DNA of 64,000 bases from an uncultured Rivularia sp. (GTDB lineage Bacteria; Cyanobacteriota; Cyanobacteriia; Cyanobacteriales; Nostocaceae). Position numbers and translations under genes: made by a program. The notes below the pieces were generated by a model. It did not search any database, was not told where the DNA came from, and saw only the letters and a program-made list of their open reading frames with translations. The stretch is taken from the NCBI GenBank assembly GCA_963665115.1, contig OY762007.1, positions 256,001 to 320,000 on the forward strand. Direction: 5' to 3'. Below are positions 43,518 through 57,216 of the stretch, piece after piece. Each line of letters starts with the position of its first letter. The first letter of the stretch is position 1.

Positions 43518-43614
43518 TTTACTCACTACTCTTTACTCACTACTCTTTACTCACTACTCTTTACTCACTACTCTTTACTCACTACTCTTTACTCACTACT
43601 CTTTACTCACTACT
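43518..43614. repeat. VNTR: 7 x TTTACTCACTACTC
   Basis: Read directly; no spacers. Confidence 0.85.
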
Positions 43615-43649
43615 TTTAAAATTTCCCCCAATCTCCCCATCTTCTGACT

Positions 43650-44261
43650 CTACCGAATCGGAGTAGTTTCAAAAGTAGGGCTAAATCCCTCAGAAGGAGG
43701 AGCAGGGGGTACTCCTAGTCCGGGTGTTGATAAAGGTACAACGTTGCTGATTCTGTCACTAGCGTCAATACAACTTTCCATAGCTTGTGTGGGTGAAAAA
43801 TCGATTTCAGAACGCAAACCTACAACACATTTACCAAATTCAACTGGTAGTAAACTACGATTGCAGTAACTTAAAATAGCTGGATTAACTGTTTCCTGAC
43901 TTGTGGTGCCGATGCCAACAACACAAGTTGCTAAATCATTAGGACGACGTGCCTGTCCGCAAAAAGCAAGAGAATCTGTCGCCGGAATTTGAGTTCTTCG
44001 CTGAATTTTACCTACACATGAAGATACTTCTTTAGGTCTAAGTGAAGCCGCACAAGCATTACTAACAGCTTCCGCAGGAATGCCTACACTTAAAAGACGC
44101 GCTGCACATACGCGATATTCATTTTGATTTCTTCTAAAAGGATTCTTGATGGCATTACTAGGTAAAGCCATCCCCAAAATCCCAGCCATAGCCAATACTG
44201 GTGCTGTTAATTTAGCCGAGAATTTAAATAATTTAAAATCGAAGGGCAGTTCAGAAAGCAT
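43650..44261 (-). CDS. Exported Cys-repeat hypothetical protein
   Basis: Signal peptide; three C..S/A.(R/L)P....CV..I repeats; start uncertain. Confidence 0.7.
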   Translation of the reverse strand: MLSELPFDFKLFKFSAKLTAPVLAMAGILGMALPSNAIKNPFRRNQNEYRVCAARLLSVGIPAEAVSNACAASLRPKEVSSCVGKIQRRTQIPATDSLAFCGQARRPNDLATCVVGIGTTSQETVNPAILSYCNRSLLPVEFGKCVVGLRSEIDFSPTQAMESCIDASDRISNVVPLSTPGLGVPPAPPSEGFSPTFETTPIR

Positions 44262-44523
44262 TTTTGTTTCACAATCTACAGAAACCGAAACCTTTAACCT
44301 TGCCGAAACGACGAAATAGCATGGAAATTCTCCAAACACCTTTGTGTAATGCTATCTCATTTTTTAGGCATGAGAATTGGTAATTGGTAATTGGTAATTG
44401 GTAATTGGCAGCAAAGTCAAATTTTTACCTATTAGCCATTACCCCATTCCATATTCTTCATTCCGCCTCTATAATGTTATGTCTGTGAGTAAAATTTGAA
44501 AGGATTTAATTAAGGGAGCGATA

Positions 44524-45132
44524 ATGTCCCGATATAGAGGACCTAGATTAAGAATTACACGCCGCCTGGGTGAATTACCTGGATTAAGCCGTAAAACTGC
44601 TAGACGTGCTTATCCCCCCGGACAGCACGGTCAAAACCGTAAGAAGCGCTCTGAGTACGCTATCCGTTTGGAGGAAAAGCAAAAGCTCAAGTTTAATTAC
44701 GGTTTAACTGAAAAGCAAATGGTGCGTTATATCCGTAAGGCAAGACGAGTAACTGGCTCTACCGGACAAATATTGTTACAAATGCTTGAAATGCGTTTGG
44801 ATAACACCGTTTTCCGCTTGGGAATGGCTCCAACTATCCCCGCAGCACGTCAATTAGTTAATCACGGACATGTTCAAGTAAACGGTCGCGAAGTTAACAT
44901 TGCTAGCTACCAATGTCGTCCCGGAGATGTCATCGGAGTTAAAAATAAAGACGCTTCCAAGCAGTTGGTAGAAACCAATTTGCAATATCCCGGCTTAGCA
45001 AACCTTCCCAGCCATTTAGAGTTTGATAAAAACTCAATGGTTGGTAAAGTAAATGGTCTTTGCGAACGCGAGTGGGTAGCTTTGAGCGTTAATGAACTGC
45101 TAGTAGTGGAATATTACTCAAGAAAAGCTTAA
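44524..45132 (+). CDS. rpsD: 30S ribosomal protein S4
   Basis: [10 protein letters not shown]...LEMRLDN...ARQLVNHGH...LVVEYYSR. Confidence 0.99.
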   Translation: MSRYRGPRLRITRRLGELPGLSRKTARRAYPPGQHGQNRKKRSEYAIRLEEKQKLKFNYGLTEKQMVRYIRKARRVTGSTGQILLQMLEMRLDNTVFRLGMAPTIPAARQLVNHGHVQVNGREVNIASYQCRPGDVIGVKNKDASKQLVETNLQYPGLANLPSHLEFDKNSMVGKVNGLCEREWVALSVNELLVVEYYSRKA

Positions 45133-45256
45133 CAATTTTGGATTTTGGATTTTAGATTTTGCAACTTAAAATCTAATCCAAAATCTGAAAGCTTATTCAA
45201 AGGGGATAGAGAATTGAAAAAAGAACTTTTAAGCTTGACCTTTTGTATTGCCATAA

Positions 45257-45820
45257 ATGAACAATTCATTACTTTTAAAAATGATATCAAGTTTGATTCT
45301 ACAACTTGGTATCATTTTAGTTTTATCTAGCTGTCAGCAATTAGATAAAGCTGAATCTGAAGTTTCAACTCAAGTTAACCAAAATACCAAGCGAGAAATC
45401 AAACCAGTTATAGAAAACTATATTCAAAGTGAAAAATTTATCAAAGATTTTTTTAGCTCGACCTCTATAAACGGTAAAATATTTTGTTCTTATCATTTTT
45501 TTAGTGCCGATCAAAAAAATAAAAATACTATTAATGCATATCTATGGTTACTTTGCGATGAGTATAATAGTAAATTAAAAACAGGTTCCGGTACCAGGGT
45601 TCCGATTGTTACGATGCTGAAAAAGCAAGAAAATAACTATCAAGTAATTAACCATCAATATCCAAGAAATGGTAGTTTTTACCAACAAGATGTAAAAAAG
45701 CTGTTTCCTGCTGATATTTACGAACAGATATTTAGATTCAATTCCGAACAACTCAAAATAATTAACAATTTGAATCGGGAAAATATTAGAAAAGCCGAAG
45801 CGTATTTTAATAAAATGTAG
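45257..45820 (+). CDS. Hypothetical lipoprotein
   Basis: Lipobox LSSC; stop codon supplied by a REP. Confidence 0.65.
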   Translation: MNNSLLLKMISSLILQLGIILVLSSCQQLDKAESEVSTQVNQNTKREIKPVIENYIQSEKFIKDFFSSTSINGKIFCSYHFFSADQKNKNTINAYLWLLCDEYNSKLKTGSGTRVPIVTMLKKQENNYQVINHQYPRNGSFYQQDVKKLFPADIYEQIFRFNSEQLKIINNLNRENIRKAEAYFNKM

Positions 45821-46029
45821 AGACGTAGCAATGCTACGTCTCCGTTGCATCTAGTACACCCAACTAGATAATTGCTTTAATTATGCGGATTCAACCTGAA
45901 CTTTAGCCACGAAATCATTGAAATTGTTGTCCTATCCGAACGACGAATCGAACCCATATTGGACTACAAATGACTACAAATTTGATTAAACTTATAGCCA
46001 TCTGCCGTCTTTAATATCTAAGCTCTCAA

Positions 46030-48463
46030 TTAACCAACAAGTTCAATATTTTGGAATTGTCCAATTGCTGTTGGATTTGCTACATCGTGGTCGTTACCGA
46101 TAGTTAAGAAGTCAAATTGACCTGTAAATAAATCCCCTACAGCAATGGAATATTGTGTGAATCCGTTGTCAGAACCAACAATATAATCATCTAAGTCTTC
46201 CATACCCCAACTTTGGCTACCATCAACTTGGAAGAAACTGCCCACTATCCTGTTGATTAATAACATTATCATTGTCGAAGCCAATACCTTGAATTTCACC
46301 TTTACCGTTACCTGCAAAGTCAAATTTGAGTAAAGTATCCTCGGTGACTTCATAGCCGGTTATATCCAAGCGTTTCCAACCGTTCTTTTCTAGCTGCAAT
46401 TTATTATCATTACTAACTGTTGAAATTATGCTGGTGTTTTGACTTGCACCACCGTAGGATAGAATTTTTTGACTTTCAGTTACTCCATTGATGGAAATAT
46501 CAAGTGAATCGGGAGTCTCTTCAGGTGTATCAACCGAATCGGGAGTACCTTCAAATATCTTAATATTGCTGAATGTACTTTCAGCGTCGGGGTTAGCTCG
46601 ATCGTCATCGTTAGCAATTGTCAGGAAGTCGAAATCCCCGGTGAAGAATTTACCAACTGGAATTTCATAAATATCTTTGTCACCCGATCTACCAACAATG
46701 AATTTACTGAGATTTTTAATACCCCAGCTTTGGCTACCATCAACTTGGAAGAAATTCCCTGCATCAGGTTTGCTACTAATCACATTATCATTATCGAAAC
46801 CAAGACCTTGAATTTCACCATTCCCGTTACTCGCGAACTCAAAGCGTAAAACGGTATCTTTTGTGATAGTAGAGTTAATTTCAAGTCTCTGCCAACGGTT
46901 CCCGCTCAAATTAAGTTCATTATCAGAGGATATCTCAACAGTTCCATCATTGGGATTGTCTTGACTTCCACCATAGGATTCAAGTGCGTTGACGAAGGAA
47001 ATAACATCTCCTTGAGTAGGAGTTTCGTCTCCACCAGTATTTACAGGAGTTTCATCTCCTGGTGTAGCTGGTTCGGTTCCGGGAGCTACATCCGAACCAC
47101 CAATCACAATCAGATAACCGTCGTTCTTACCACCTGCACTATCTTGTATGGCATTGTGAGTAATTTGACCTTTTTCAAAATCAGTAGTTGTGACAACTGC
47201 TGTTTTTCCGTCGCGAAATGCAGCTACAGCTCCATCACTATCTGTAATTGGTGTCCATGAACGTCTTTCTTTCAAATCTGGACTGATGACTGCAAGATAT
47301 CCCTCAAAACCAGCATACTTATTTACAGCTTGTCCTTCTATAGTCTGTACGTCTCGGTTTGCAATTCTAGCTCCTGCCGCTCCGGCTAAAATTACGGTAC
47401 CGTCTTCTGTTGCTGTAATTGAATCTACATCTACGGAGTTACCTTTACCATTACTCAGACGACCTAATAAAGATTGACCTTTAACTAAATCGCCAGTTTT
47501 GAGGTCATAACGACCATACCAAGTCATCTTAATCGAATTAACGTTGGTGGGACTGTTATATTTGTCTGTTTCGATTTTGCGATCGCCACTAACTTTCTCT
47601 GATAAATCGAAAGGATCTCGATAGAAAATAGAGAAGCCGGTACCACCATTGACAAAGTATGAAGAATATAGCTGTCCGTCGCGTCCGATAGCTACACGCT
47701 GTCCCCGCGTATCAGCCATCAAATTTTCTTTGTAGATATCTGTATCATCAAAGTCATAGTTTTTCCAGAGATTTTCTCCTTCATAAGACCATGCTTGAGT
47801 AAAGGCAACCTGTAAAATTCTGGTTTTTTGCTCGAATCCCGTGGCAATAACCATGCCTCCATTTTGGTCAGTTACTGCTATATCGAGAAAATTACGTTTA
47901 CTGTTATCTGTAATCCACTCTTTGAGTTGTTCTCCATTATTGTCAAACAGATGAGCTTTGTCAGGACCTTCTCTATCCCTTACGACACCAACTTTTCCGT
48001 TATCGGAAATAGCAATACGAGCAACATTGCTTAAAGATTTACTCCATTTTACTTGCGTCGCGTCAGAATTTAGTACGGCGATTCCACCCTCGTAAGCGAC
48101 AGCGATGTCACCATTTTTCGATACTTCTAAATCTAATACTTTCCCTGGTAAACGACTTGTAGCAACAGCTTCGTTGGTTTTGGCATTGTAACGGATGATA
48201 GTTCCGTCACCACCACCGAGGAGTTCAGTCTCTTTTCCTCCAAGGTTGGCATTTTTTAAAGAACCTCCTACGATGACGATATTTCCATCAACAGAAATAT
48301 CTACTGCATTGGTAGAATCATCTTCCTTCCCACCTAAATAGGTAGCAGCAGAAACATCTAAATTGTTTGTAGGAGACTGAGGTAGAGCGTTTTTTGATAC
48401 CGACGAGAAGGAATTCTGGCTTTGAAGATTACTATCATCGAGCTTGTTGATTTTAGTAGCCAT
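46030..48463 (-). CDS. Large extracellular-type protein: beta-propeller-like region plus two repeated beta-sandwich-like domains; +1 frameshift near 46242
   Basis: Repeat SYGG..Q...L..N.W.RL.I...T.DT.L.F.F...G.GEIQG.GFDND...FFQVDGSQSWG...FTG.FDFLTI.ND.D occurs twice. Confidence 0.7.
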
Positions 48464-48969
48464 TTTTTACTCAGATTTAATGAACTTCCATCGGTAGATA
48501 ACACTGAGTAACTAACCCCCCCCCATTTTTTATCTTTTATACTTCGTAGCTGGGGAATATACGACTACCGTACATTCAATAAAAACCCATATGTCACACC
48601 TTAGTACAGTTTAAAAAGTTGCCACATCAGTATAAAATTAAGTGTTTTATCCTTGCATTTTGCACATATTTTTGATAGCTTAATGCACTTTTTTCACTCA
48701 GACATCAGTGAATCTAATAGTGTTTTTTTTAAGCTTTTTCCAGTGCTTGAGGATACGAATAAATATTTAATTTTGATGACAAAACAAGATTATTCTGTAA
48801 AGTTTCTATCTTATATCGGTAATATTAATTACTTACAAATAGTATGCAGTTATTTGCTTGCCGTAAAAACTTTTAACTTATAAAACTATGTGAAGAAGTT
48901 AGTTAATATCAAGTTCCCTTCGATGTTGTTAGGAATGTAGAATCAAGTTGTTAATCATCCGCATAATCG

Positions 48970-49090
48970 CCCGCAGCCTAGAAGGCTGGGGCTATACAAA
49001 CAAAGCCTACCTTCGTAGGCTAAGAATTCTTATTTTTAGCCTACGAAGGTAGGCTTTGTAATTGTAGTCCCACTCTTATAGAGTGAGGGC
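48970..49090. repeat. Full palindromic REPIN/MITE
   Basis: AAAGCCTACCTTCGTAGGCTAA...TTAGCCTACGAAGGTAGGCTTT core with flanking hairpins. Confidence 0.7.
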
Positions 49091-49104
49091 ATCTAGTAGT
49101 AGTG

Positions 49105-50064
49105 TTACCTCCTACCAAACAACCGATTCAAGAAAGAAATTTTAACTGCACGGTTATCTAATGGTCCCCCATCGAGAGTAAATCTTTCGGCATTATTAAG
49201 AGCGATAATGTAATACTTTCCTTTGATTTGAGCTACAATTGGACCTCCAGAAGAACCTCCGGTGGTATCGCAATCGTGAGATAAGGAACCCGCTTCTTCC
49301 TTAAGAATGCTACAGCCATCATGGACACCAGCAGTCAATCCCTCACCAGCTTCGAGATAAGGAAAAGCTTTTAAAGTTTCACGAGTTGGAAAGTCTTTGG
49401 AGTAGCCTATCATGCGAAACTTTTCTCGATATTTGAGCATGGTTGATGTAGGCAAAGATACCCATCCAAAATGACCGTACTTTTTACCGAGGGGTTTATC
49501 AATTTTGACAACAGCCCAATCGTTTTTAAATGGATTTGCTTCCTTAAAATTCGTACCAGCAATAATTTTTTTGACAACAGCGGTATCATTGTCATCTTTT
49601 GACCTACCGTTGATAACATTAGGTCGGAATTTAATTTCCTTACTAACTTTATGAGTGTAAGGATCGACAACACAATGGGCATTAGTTAAAACAATATCCT
49701 GGGTAATTAAACTTCCCGTACAGTGATATTTTTCTCCATCAGCTTTGACACCTTCAATACGTCCAATCGCAGCCCAAGGATAATCTCTACTCAACATCGG
49801 ACGACGATTATCTAAACCAAAAATTGCTCTATCATCAGAAGGCTTATCAGATTGTTTGATATTCGCAGGTTTAAAAGGCTTACCATCTCCGGTTAGTTGG
49901 ATGCGATCGCCATCTTGAACATTGATAAATTCTGGAGTCGTAGTATTTGGAGATTCCGTTTCTGCTTCTGCTTGATTTGTTGTTAAAGAACCGAAAATTA
50001 ATGCAATCAGAATCGAAGCAATAAAAAAAACGAAAGGTTGTTTTTGGATCTGTTTTTTATTCAT
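49105..50064 (-). CDS. Secreted trypsin-like (V8-type) serine protease
   Basis: CTGSLI, LTNAHCV, NDWAVV, CDTTGGSSGGP. Confidence 0.9.
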   Translation of the reverse strand: MNKKQIQKQPFVFFIASILIALIFGSLTTNQAEAETESPNTTTPEFINVQDGDRIQLTGDGKPFKPANIKQSDKPSDDRAIFGLDNRRPMLSRDYPWAAIGRIEGVKADGEKYHCTGSLITQDIVLTNAHCVVDPYTHKVSKEIKFRPNVINGRSKDDNDTAVVKKIIAGTNFKEANPFKNDWAVVKIDKPLGKKYGHFGWVSLPTSTMLKYREKFRMIGYSKDFPTRETLKAFPYLEAGEGLTAGVHDGCSILKEEAGSLSHDCDTTGGSSGGPIVAQIKGKYYIIALNNAERFTLDGGPLDNRAVKISFLNRLFGRR

Positions 50065-50238
50065 TGGTAATTTTCGGTTTATTGTTCAATAGTGTTTTTG
50101 TGTAGAGACGTAGCACTGCTACGTCTTCCCATATTTTGTTGTCTATCAATAATTTGGTGAAATCGCATAACACACGAAATTAATTCGGTTTATTTGTGGG
50201 GATTTCACATCGGTTGGAGACGTAGCACTGCTACGTCT

Positions 50239-53084
50239 CTACATTCTCCATTCACCTTGGATGGTAAAAGCAGCCCAAGAGTAGGGATTTCGCCATTTCT
50301 GGGTTTGCCACATTTTGATCTGTGCTTCTCTCAATGCTGTAGCTGGCGATTTTCCTTTCTGTAACATTTCTTGAAAAACTGACGCATTAATAACGAAGTC
50401 GCATCATCTTTAACATTCCACAAAGACACGACAACTCTTTCGGCACCCGCATACATTAGTCCTCTTGTCAATCCCACCAATCCTTCACCTTTGACTTCCT
50501 TACCAAGTCCGGTTTTGCAGGCACTTAACACTACCAACTCTGCGGGGAAGTTGAGGTTAAATAATTCGTGTAGTCTTAAAAAACCGGAACTTTGGCGATC
50601 GCCTTGTTTATCTAATAATGACAGTACAATTCCCGATAATTTTGGATCGGTAGGGTGAACAAAACCGTGGGTAGCGAAATGCAAATAACGATAATTGCTA
50701 AGTTGTTTTTGAGTAGCCCAGTTGTAGTTGGCATCAAAATCAAAGGCTTTGAGGCTGTTTTCGGGTGATACTAGTTTGAGAATTTCTTCTGCTTCTTTAC
50801 GGGTATTTGGGAGAGCATGAATTTCATTAAGATTAAAGTTTCTCAACGAACTTCGTAAGGCTTCTACGTCAATATCATCAATATTATTACTCGAACTATC
50901 AGTTTTACCAGTTACTCGTTTATCATCTTTGTGAAATACCGGATCTGCAAGAACTGCTAAAGTTTTAGGTGCGATGGGGCGTTGTGCGGTTTCTTTTCTG
51001 AGAATGTCGATGGTTGATGCTGATGGTAGATGAACGATTTCGTGGTTGATTAACAGAGGTTGGTAATTAATATCTCTCTGTTCTAACTGGTTTCTAGCCT
51101 CTGGCTGGGAATCCTTTGTATAGAGGCTCTGCCTCTGCTCAGAATTTAAATCGGCAAGTGCAGCAAAAGGAATATATTGCAAAGCATCATCACCGACAAT
51201 TACCAAGCGTTTTTTACCAAGTTTATCTGCAACGGGTGCAAGGATAAGTTTACTAAGCTCGGTAGCAGCTTTACCCGTTTCTTGTGGCGAAACACCTTGC
51301 ATTGAAGGATCTTGCAAAAGATTTCTTAATTTATTCGCAGTTTCTTCTATTTGTTGGCTTTTGGGTAATTCGTAACTATCGAGGGAATCTGGAGTTACTT
51401 TCCATAGATAGCTGCGTTTTTCACCCAAGGAATATTGTAAAAGTACGGTGTCTTTATCTAATTGTTGCTGGATTTTAGGTAAGTTAAGAGGTTCGGGATA
51501 TTTCAGCGCTGCGTATTTGGGGCTGGTGGTTTTGATTTTGGCTTTTAATTGATTGAGTTCGTTGATATGGTTTTGAACTTCTTTTTTATATCTTTGTGCA
51601 GCGTCTTTTGAAATTAAATTATCACTTTTATTTTTGTCGCTAACTGTCTCAAGTCTTAATTTTTCTTTGGAATTGATTAATTGTTGCAACCGCTTTTCTT
51701 GAGCTACAAGTTCAGGGTTTACACCTTTACGAATATCGGCATTTGCTTCGGTTAATAGTTCTAAAAGTCCGCGAGCGCGAGATTTTTCGCTGGCTGCAAG
51801 TGCTTGAGCATCGTATCCGAGAGATGGATTTTGCTTGTGTAGCTGCATCAAGATATCGATGTGGAGTTTGTAGATATCCTGTACTGTGGCGAAGTAGGAT
51901 GTACGTAACTCGTTGCTGTCTACTTTGGTGCGGAGGTTTTCGATGATATCTACTGCGGCTTTGCTGTTGGTGAGAGCGGTTTGGAGATTGCCGTTATCTC
52001 GGTGTGTTTTAGCAATGTTGTGAAGGGTTATTGCTTCTCCATTTTTATCCTCAACTTCTCGGTTTAAAGGCAATGCTTGCTTATAGAATTCTAGAGCTTG
52101 CTTTTTATCTTCTAAAAGAAAGTGGACAGTACCAAGATTATTACGAGTTATTGCTTCTCCGCTTTTATCCCCTATTTCTTTTCTTAGACGTAATGCTTGA
52201 TTTAGTTTTTCAAGTGATTTCTTAAAATTTACTAAATCCTTGTAAACAAAACCAATATTATTAAGAGTTGCTGCTTCAGCATTCTTATCGTTAACTTCTT
52301 GGCTTAAAGATAACGCTTGATTGTAGAAATTAAGCGCTTTCTGCTTATCTCCAAATGAATCGTATATACCAGCAATATTATTTCGAGTTTTCGCTTCCCC
52401 ACTTTTATCTTTAACTTTCTGCATTAGAGGTAATGCTTGATTATAAAATTTGAGTGCTTGCTGAAAATCTCCTAAATCCTTGTAAACAAAACCAATATTA
52501 CTTAGAGTTGTTGCTTTTTGAGCTTCATCCTCAATTGAGCCATTTAAAGGTAAAATTTGCAAAGCTTGATTATAGGATTTGAGTGCTTCTTTTCTGTTTC
52601 CCAAATCGTTATGGACTTTACCAAGATTATTTAAGATTGTTGCTCTTTCACTTTTATCCCCAGTTGAACTATTTAATTGTAATGCTTGTTCGTAGAACTT
52701 CTGTGATTGCTGCTTATCTCCTAAATCGTCGTAAATACGACCAATACCAAGCACAATAGTAGTTTGCCATCTTTTATCCTCTACCTTCTGCCATAGAAAA
52801 AGCGCTTTCTCCCATTTACTTATAGCCTGCTTTAGCGATTGCAATGTTCCCTGATTAAATAATTGCATCCCCTCAATAGACAACCTTTGTGCCTCTACAC
52901 GAAGCACCTCTCTATTTTCAGTGTCAGTCACACTCTGCTGCTGCGCTATCTCCACTCCCACGCTTTTCGGAATCGCACTTACCGATTCTCCAATCAAGAC
53001 AATACCAAGCAATGCACTCAAACTGAAACGCGCTAAATTGCGTATGACAAACCGCGAATAATTGTCTTTTTTAAGTTCTTTCAT
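50239..53084 (-). CDS. TPR-CHAT (caspase-like) protease with ~7 TPRs; -1 frameshift near 50375
   Basis: HFATHG and LSACKTG catalytic motifs; paralog comparison restores ...WAAFTIQGEWRM*. Confidence 0.88.
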
Positions 53085-53308
53085 ATTTTTATACAGGTAA
53101 ATCAAAGTATCTGAAATCAACTAAAGTTAGATCAGCATCAAATTTGAATCAAATAGAATTTAGGCACCCTTGAATATAGCTGTATACATATATCGTTATT
53201 TGTAAGCAATTTTACGCAAATACGCTTATTATTCTATATGTTTTTCAAATATTATGATTGCTGAAAGCTGTATTGACATTTTCTATACAAAGAGATATAA
53301 ATTCTCAT

Positions 53309-56300
53309 TTACTTCCATTCACCCTGAATCGTAAAAGCAGCCCAAGAGTAGGGATTTCGCCATTTCTGGGTTTGCCACATTTTGATCTGTGCTTCTCTTA
53401 ATGCAGTTGCTGGCGATTTTCCTTGCTGCAACATTTCTTGATAAAACTGACGCATTAATAACGAAGTGGCATCATCTTTAACATTCCACAAAGACACGAC
53501 AACTCTTTCGGCACCCGCATACATTAGTCCTCTTGTCAATCCCACCAATCCTTCGCCTTTGACTTCCTTACCAAGTCCGGTTTTGCAGGCACTTAACACT
53601 ACCAACTCTGCGGGGAAGTTGAGGTTAAATAATTCGTGTAGTCTTAAAAAACCGGAACTTTGGCGATCGCCTTGTTTATCTAATAATGACAGTACAATTC
53701 CCGATAATTTTGGATCGGTAGGGTGAACAAAACCGTGGGTAGCGAAATGCAAATAACGATAATTGCTAAGTTGTTTTTGAGTAGCCCAGTTGTAGTTGGC
53801 ATCAAAATCAAAGGCTTTGAGGCTGTTTTCGGGTGATACTAGTTTGAGAATTTCTTCTGCTTCTTTACGGGTATTTGGGAGAGCATGAATTTCATTAAGA
53901 TTAAAGTTTCTCAACGAACTTCGTAAGGCTTCTACGTCAATATCATCAATATTATTACTCGAACTATCAGTTTTACCAGTTACTCGTTTATCATCTTTGT
54001 GAAATACCGGATCTGCAAGAAACTGCTAAAGTTTTAGGTGCGATGGGGCGTTGTGCGGTTTCTTTTCTGAGAATGTCGATGGTTGATGCTGATGGTAGAT
54101 GAACGATTTCATGGTTGATTAATAGGGGTTGGTAATTAATATCTCTCTGTTCTAACTGGTTTCTAGCCTCTGGCTGGGAATCCTTTGTATAGAGGCTCTG
54201 CCTCTGCTCAGAATTTAAATCGGCAAGTGCGGCAAAAGGAATATACTGCAAAGCATCATCACCAACAATTACCAAGCGTTTTTTACCAAGTTTATCTGCA
54301 ACGGGTGCAAGGATAAGTTTACTAAGCTCGGTAGCAGCTTTACCCGTTTCTTGTGGCGAAACACCTTGCATTGAAGGATCTTGCAAAAGATTTCTTAATT
54401 TATTCGCAGTTTCTTCTATTTGTTGGCTTTTGGGTAATTCGTAACTATCGAGGGAATCTGGAGTTACTTTCCATAGATAGCTGCGTTTCTCACCCAAGGA
54501 ATATTGTAAAAGTACGGTTTCTTTATCTAATTGCTGCTGAATTTTGTTTAAGTTTAAAGGTTCGGGATATTTCAGCGCTGCGTATTTGGGATTGCTAGTT
54601 TTGATTTTGGCTTGAAGTTGATTGAGTTCGTTGATATGGTTTTGAACTTCTTTTTTAAATCTTTGTACGGCAGCTTTAGAAATCAAGTCATTACTTTTAT
54701 TCTTATCGCTGAGTATATCAAGTCGTAATTTCTCTTTTGAATTGATTAATTGTTGTAAGTTCTTTTCTTGAGCTACAAGTTGCGGATTTACACCTTTACG
54801 AATATCGGCATTTGCTTCGGTTAATAATTCTAAAAGTCCTCTAGCGCGAGATTTTTCGCTGGCTGCAAGTGCTTGAGCATCGTATCCGAGAGATGGATTT
54901 TGCTTGTGTAGCTGCATCAAGATATCGATGTGGAGTTTGTAGATATCCTGTACTGTGGCGAAGTAGGATGTACGTAACTCGTTGCTATCTACTTTGGTGC
55001 GGAGGTTTTCAATAATATCGACTGCGGCTTTGCTGTTGGTGAGGGCTTTTTGGAGATTACCTTGTTCTATATATGTAGTGGCTATGTTGCGAAGGATTGT
55101 TGCTTCCCTTTGTTTATATCCAATTGAGCGTGCTAAAGGTAATGCTTGATTATGGAATTTGAGCGCACGCTGGTTGTCTCCTAATGAGTTGTAGACTCTA
55201 CCAATATTAGTTAAAGTTGTTGCTTCTCCATCTTTATCCCCAACTTCCCGGCTCAACGGTAATGATTGGTTATAGTGTTTTAAAGCTTGCTGGTTGTTTC
55301 CTAAATTGAAGTAAACTTTACCAATATTGTTGAGGGTTGTTGCTTGTCCACTTTTATCCCCAATTTTTTGCTGTAGAGGTAATGCTTGATTGTAGAATTT
55401 AAGGGCTTGATGCTTCTCTTCTAAATCATCGTAAACAGCACCAATATTATTAAGAGTTGTTGCTTCCATAAACTTATATTCAACTTCGCGGCTTAGAAGT
55501 AATGCTTGGTTAAAGAAATTAAGCGCACGTTGCTTGTCTCCTAAATCCGAGTAAACAGTACCAATATTACTTAGTGTTGTTGCTTCTCCACTTTTATCCC
55601 CAACTTTGCGCTTTAAAGCTAATGCTTGATTGTAGTATTTAAGTGCTTCCTGCTTGTCTCCTAAATCCGAGTAGGTATAACCAATATTGTTGAGGGTTGT
55701 TGCTTCTCCACTTTTATTCCCAACTTCGCGGCTTAAAAGTAAAGCTTGGTTATAGTATTTAAAAGCTTGCTGAATGTCTCCTAACTCTCGATAGACACTA
55801 CCAATATTATTAATGCCAAATGCTTCCCCGTCTTTATCCCCAATTTTCCGGTATAAAGATAACGATTGGTTGTAGAGTTTAAGTGCTTGCTGTTTGTCTC
55901 CTAATAAATCGTAGATACCACCAATATTATTGAGGGTTGTTGCTTCGCCACTTTTATCTTCAACTTCGCGGCTTAGAAGTAATGCTTGATTGTAGAGTTT
56001 GAGTGCTTGCTGCTTGTCTCCTAAATCCGAGTAAACTTTACCAATATTGTTGAGGGTTGTTGCTTCTCCACTTTTATCCTCAACTAAACGCAATAGAGTC
56101 AATGCTTGGTTATAGAATTCAAGTGCTTGACGCTTTTTTCCTAAATCTGAGTAAACTTTACTAATATTGTTAAGGGTTATTGCTTCTCGACTTTTATCCT
56201 CAATTTCTCGACTTAAAAGTAATGATTGGTTGTAATATTTGAGTGCTTGCTGCTTATCTCCCCATATATCGTATACATAACCAATATTAACTAAAGTAGT

Positions 56301-57216
56301 TGCTTGCCCACTTTTATCTCCAGCTTCTTGCGCCAGAGGTAATGCTTGGTTAAAGTATTTAAGTGCTTGCTGATTGTCTCCTAAATTCAAGTAGACTTTA
56401 CCAATATTGCCCAGAGTTGCTGCTAGCCCACGCTTATCCTTGAGTTTCCCGTGTTAGAGGTAATGCTTGGTTGTAATATTTCAGTGCTTGCTGTTTGTCT
56501 CCTAAATCACTGTAAACACCACCAATATTACTCAAAGTTGTTGCTTCTCCATTTTTATCCCGAAGCTTCCGGAATATAACTAATGCTTGGTTGTAGTATT
56601 TGAGTGCTTGCTGTTTATCTCCTAAATCCGAGTAGTTACCACCAATATTATTAAGGGTTGCTGCTTCCCCACTTTTATCATCAACTTCCTGTCTTATAGG
56701 TAATGCTTGGTTGTAATATTTAAGTGCAAGTTGCTTGTTCCCTAAATCGTCGTAGATACTACCAATATTATTGAGTATTATTCCTTCACCATGTTTATTT
56801 TTAATTTCCCGCGACAGAGGTAATGCTTGATTGTAGTATTTTAACGCCTGCTGCTTATCTCCTAAATTGCTATAAACACGACCAATACCAAGTAAAATAT
56901 TAGCTTCCCATCCTTTATCGTCTACTTTCCGCCATAAAGGAAGCGATTCTTCCCATTTTTTAATAGCCTGCTTTAATGATTCTGCGGTTCCTTGCTTAAA
57001 TAAGTCAAATCCTTCATCTCTCAACTTTTCCGCTTGTTTACGAATTGCTTGATTATCAGTCACTCCCTGCTGCTGCGCTATTTGCAAACCCTCACTTCTC
57101 GGTATCGCACTTACCGATTCTCCAACAAAGACAATACCGAGCAATGCACTCAAACCGAAACGCGCTAAGTTACGTATGACAAACCGCGAATAATTGTTTT
57201 TTCTAAGTTCTTTCAT
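53309..57216 (-). CDS. TPR-CHAT protease with ~16 TPRs; frameshifts near 56435 and 54020
   Basis: Three consecutive ORFs join into one protein whose CHAT half is almost identical to the neighbour's. Confidence 0.88.

Noticed and set aside
43518..43614. Possible CRISPR array (also the 25-bp triplet at 57597-57671)
   Set aside because: Head-to-tail repeats without unique spacers; no cas genes
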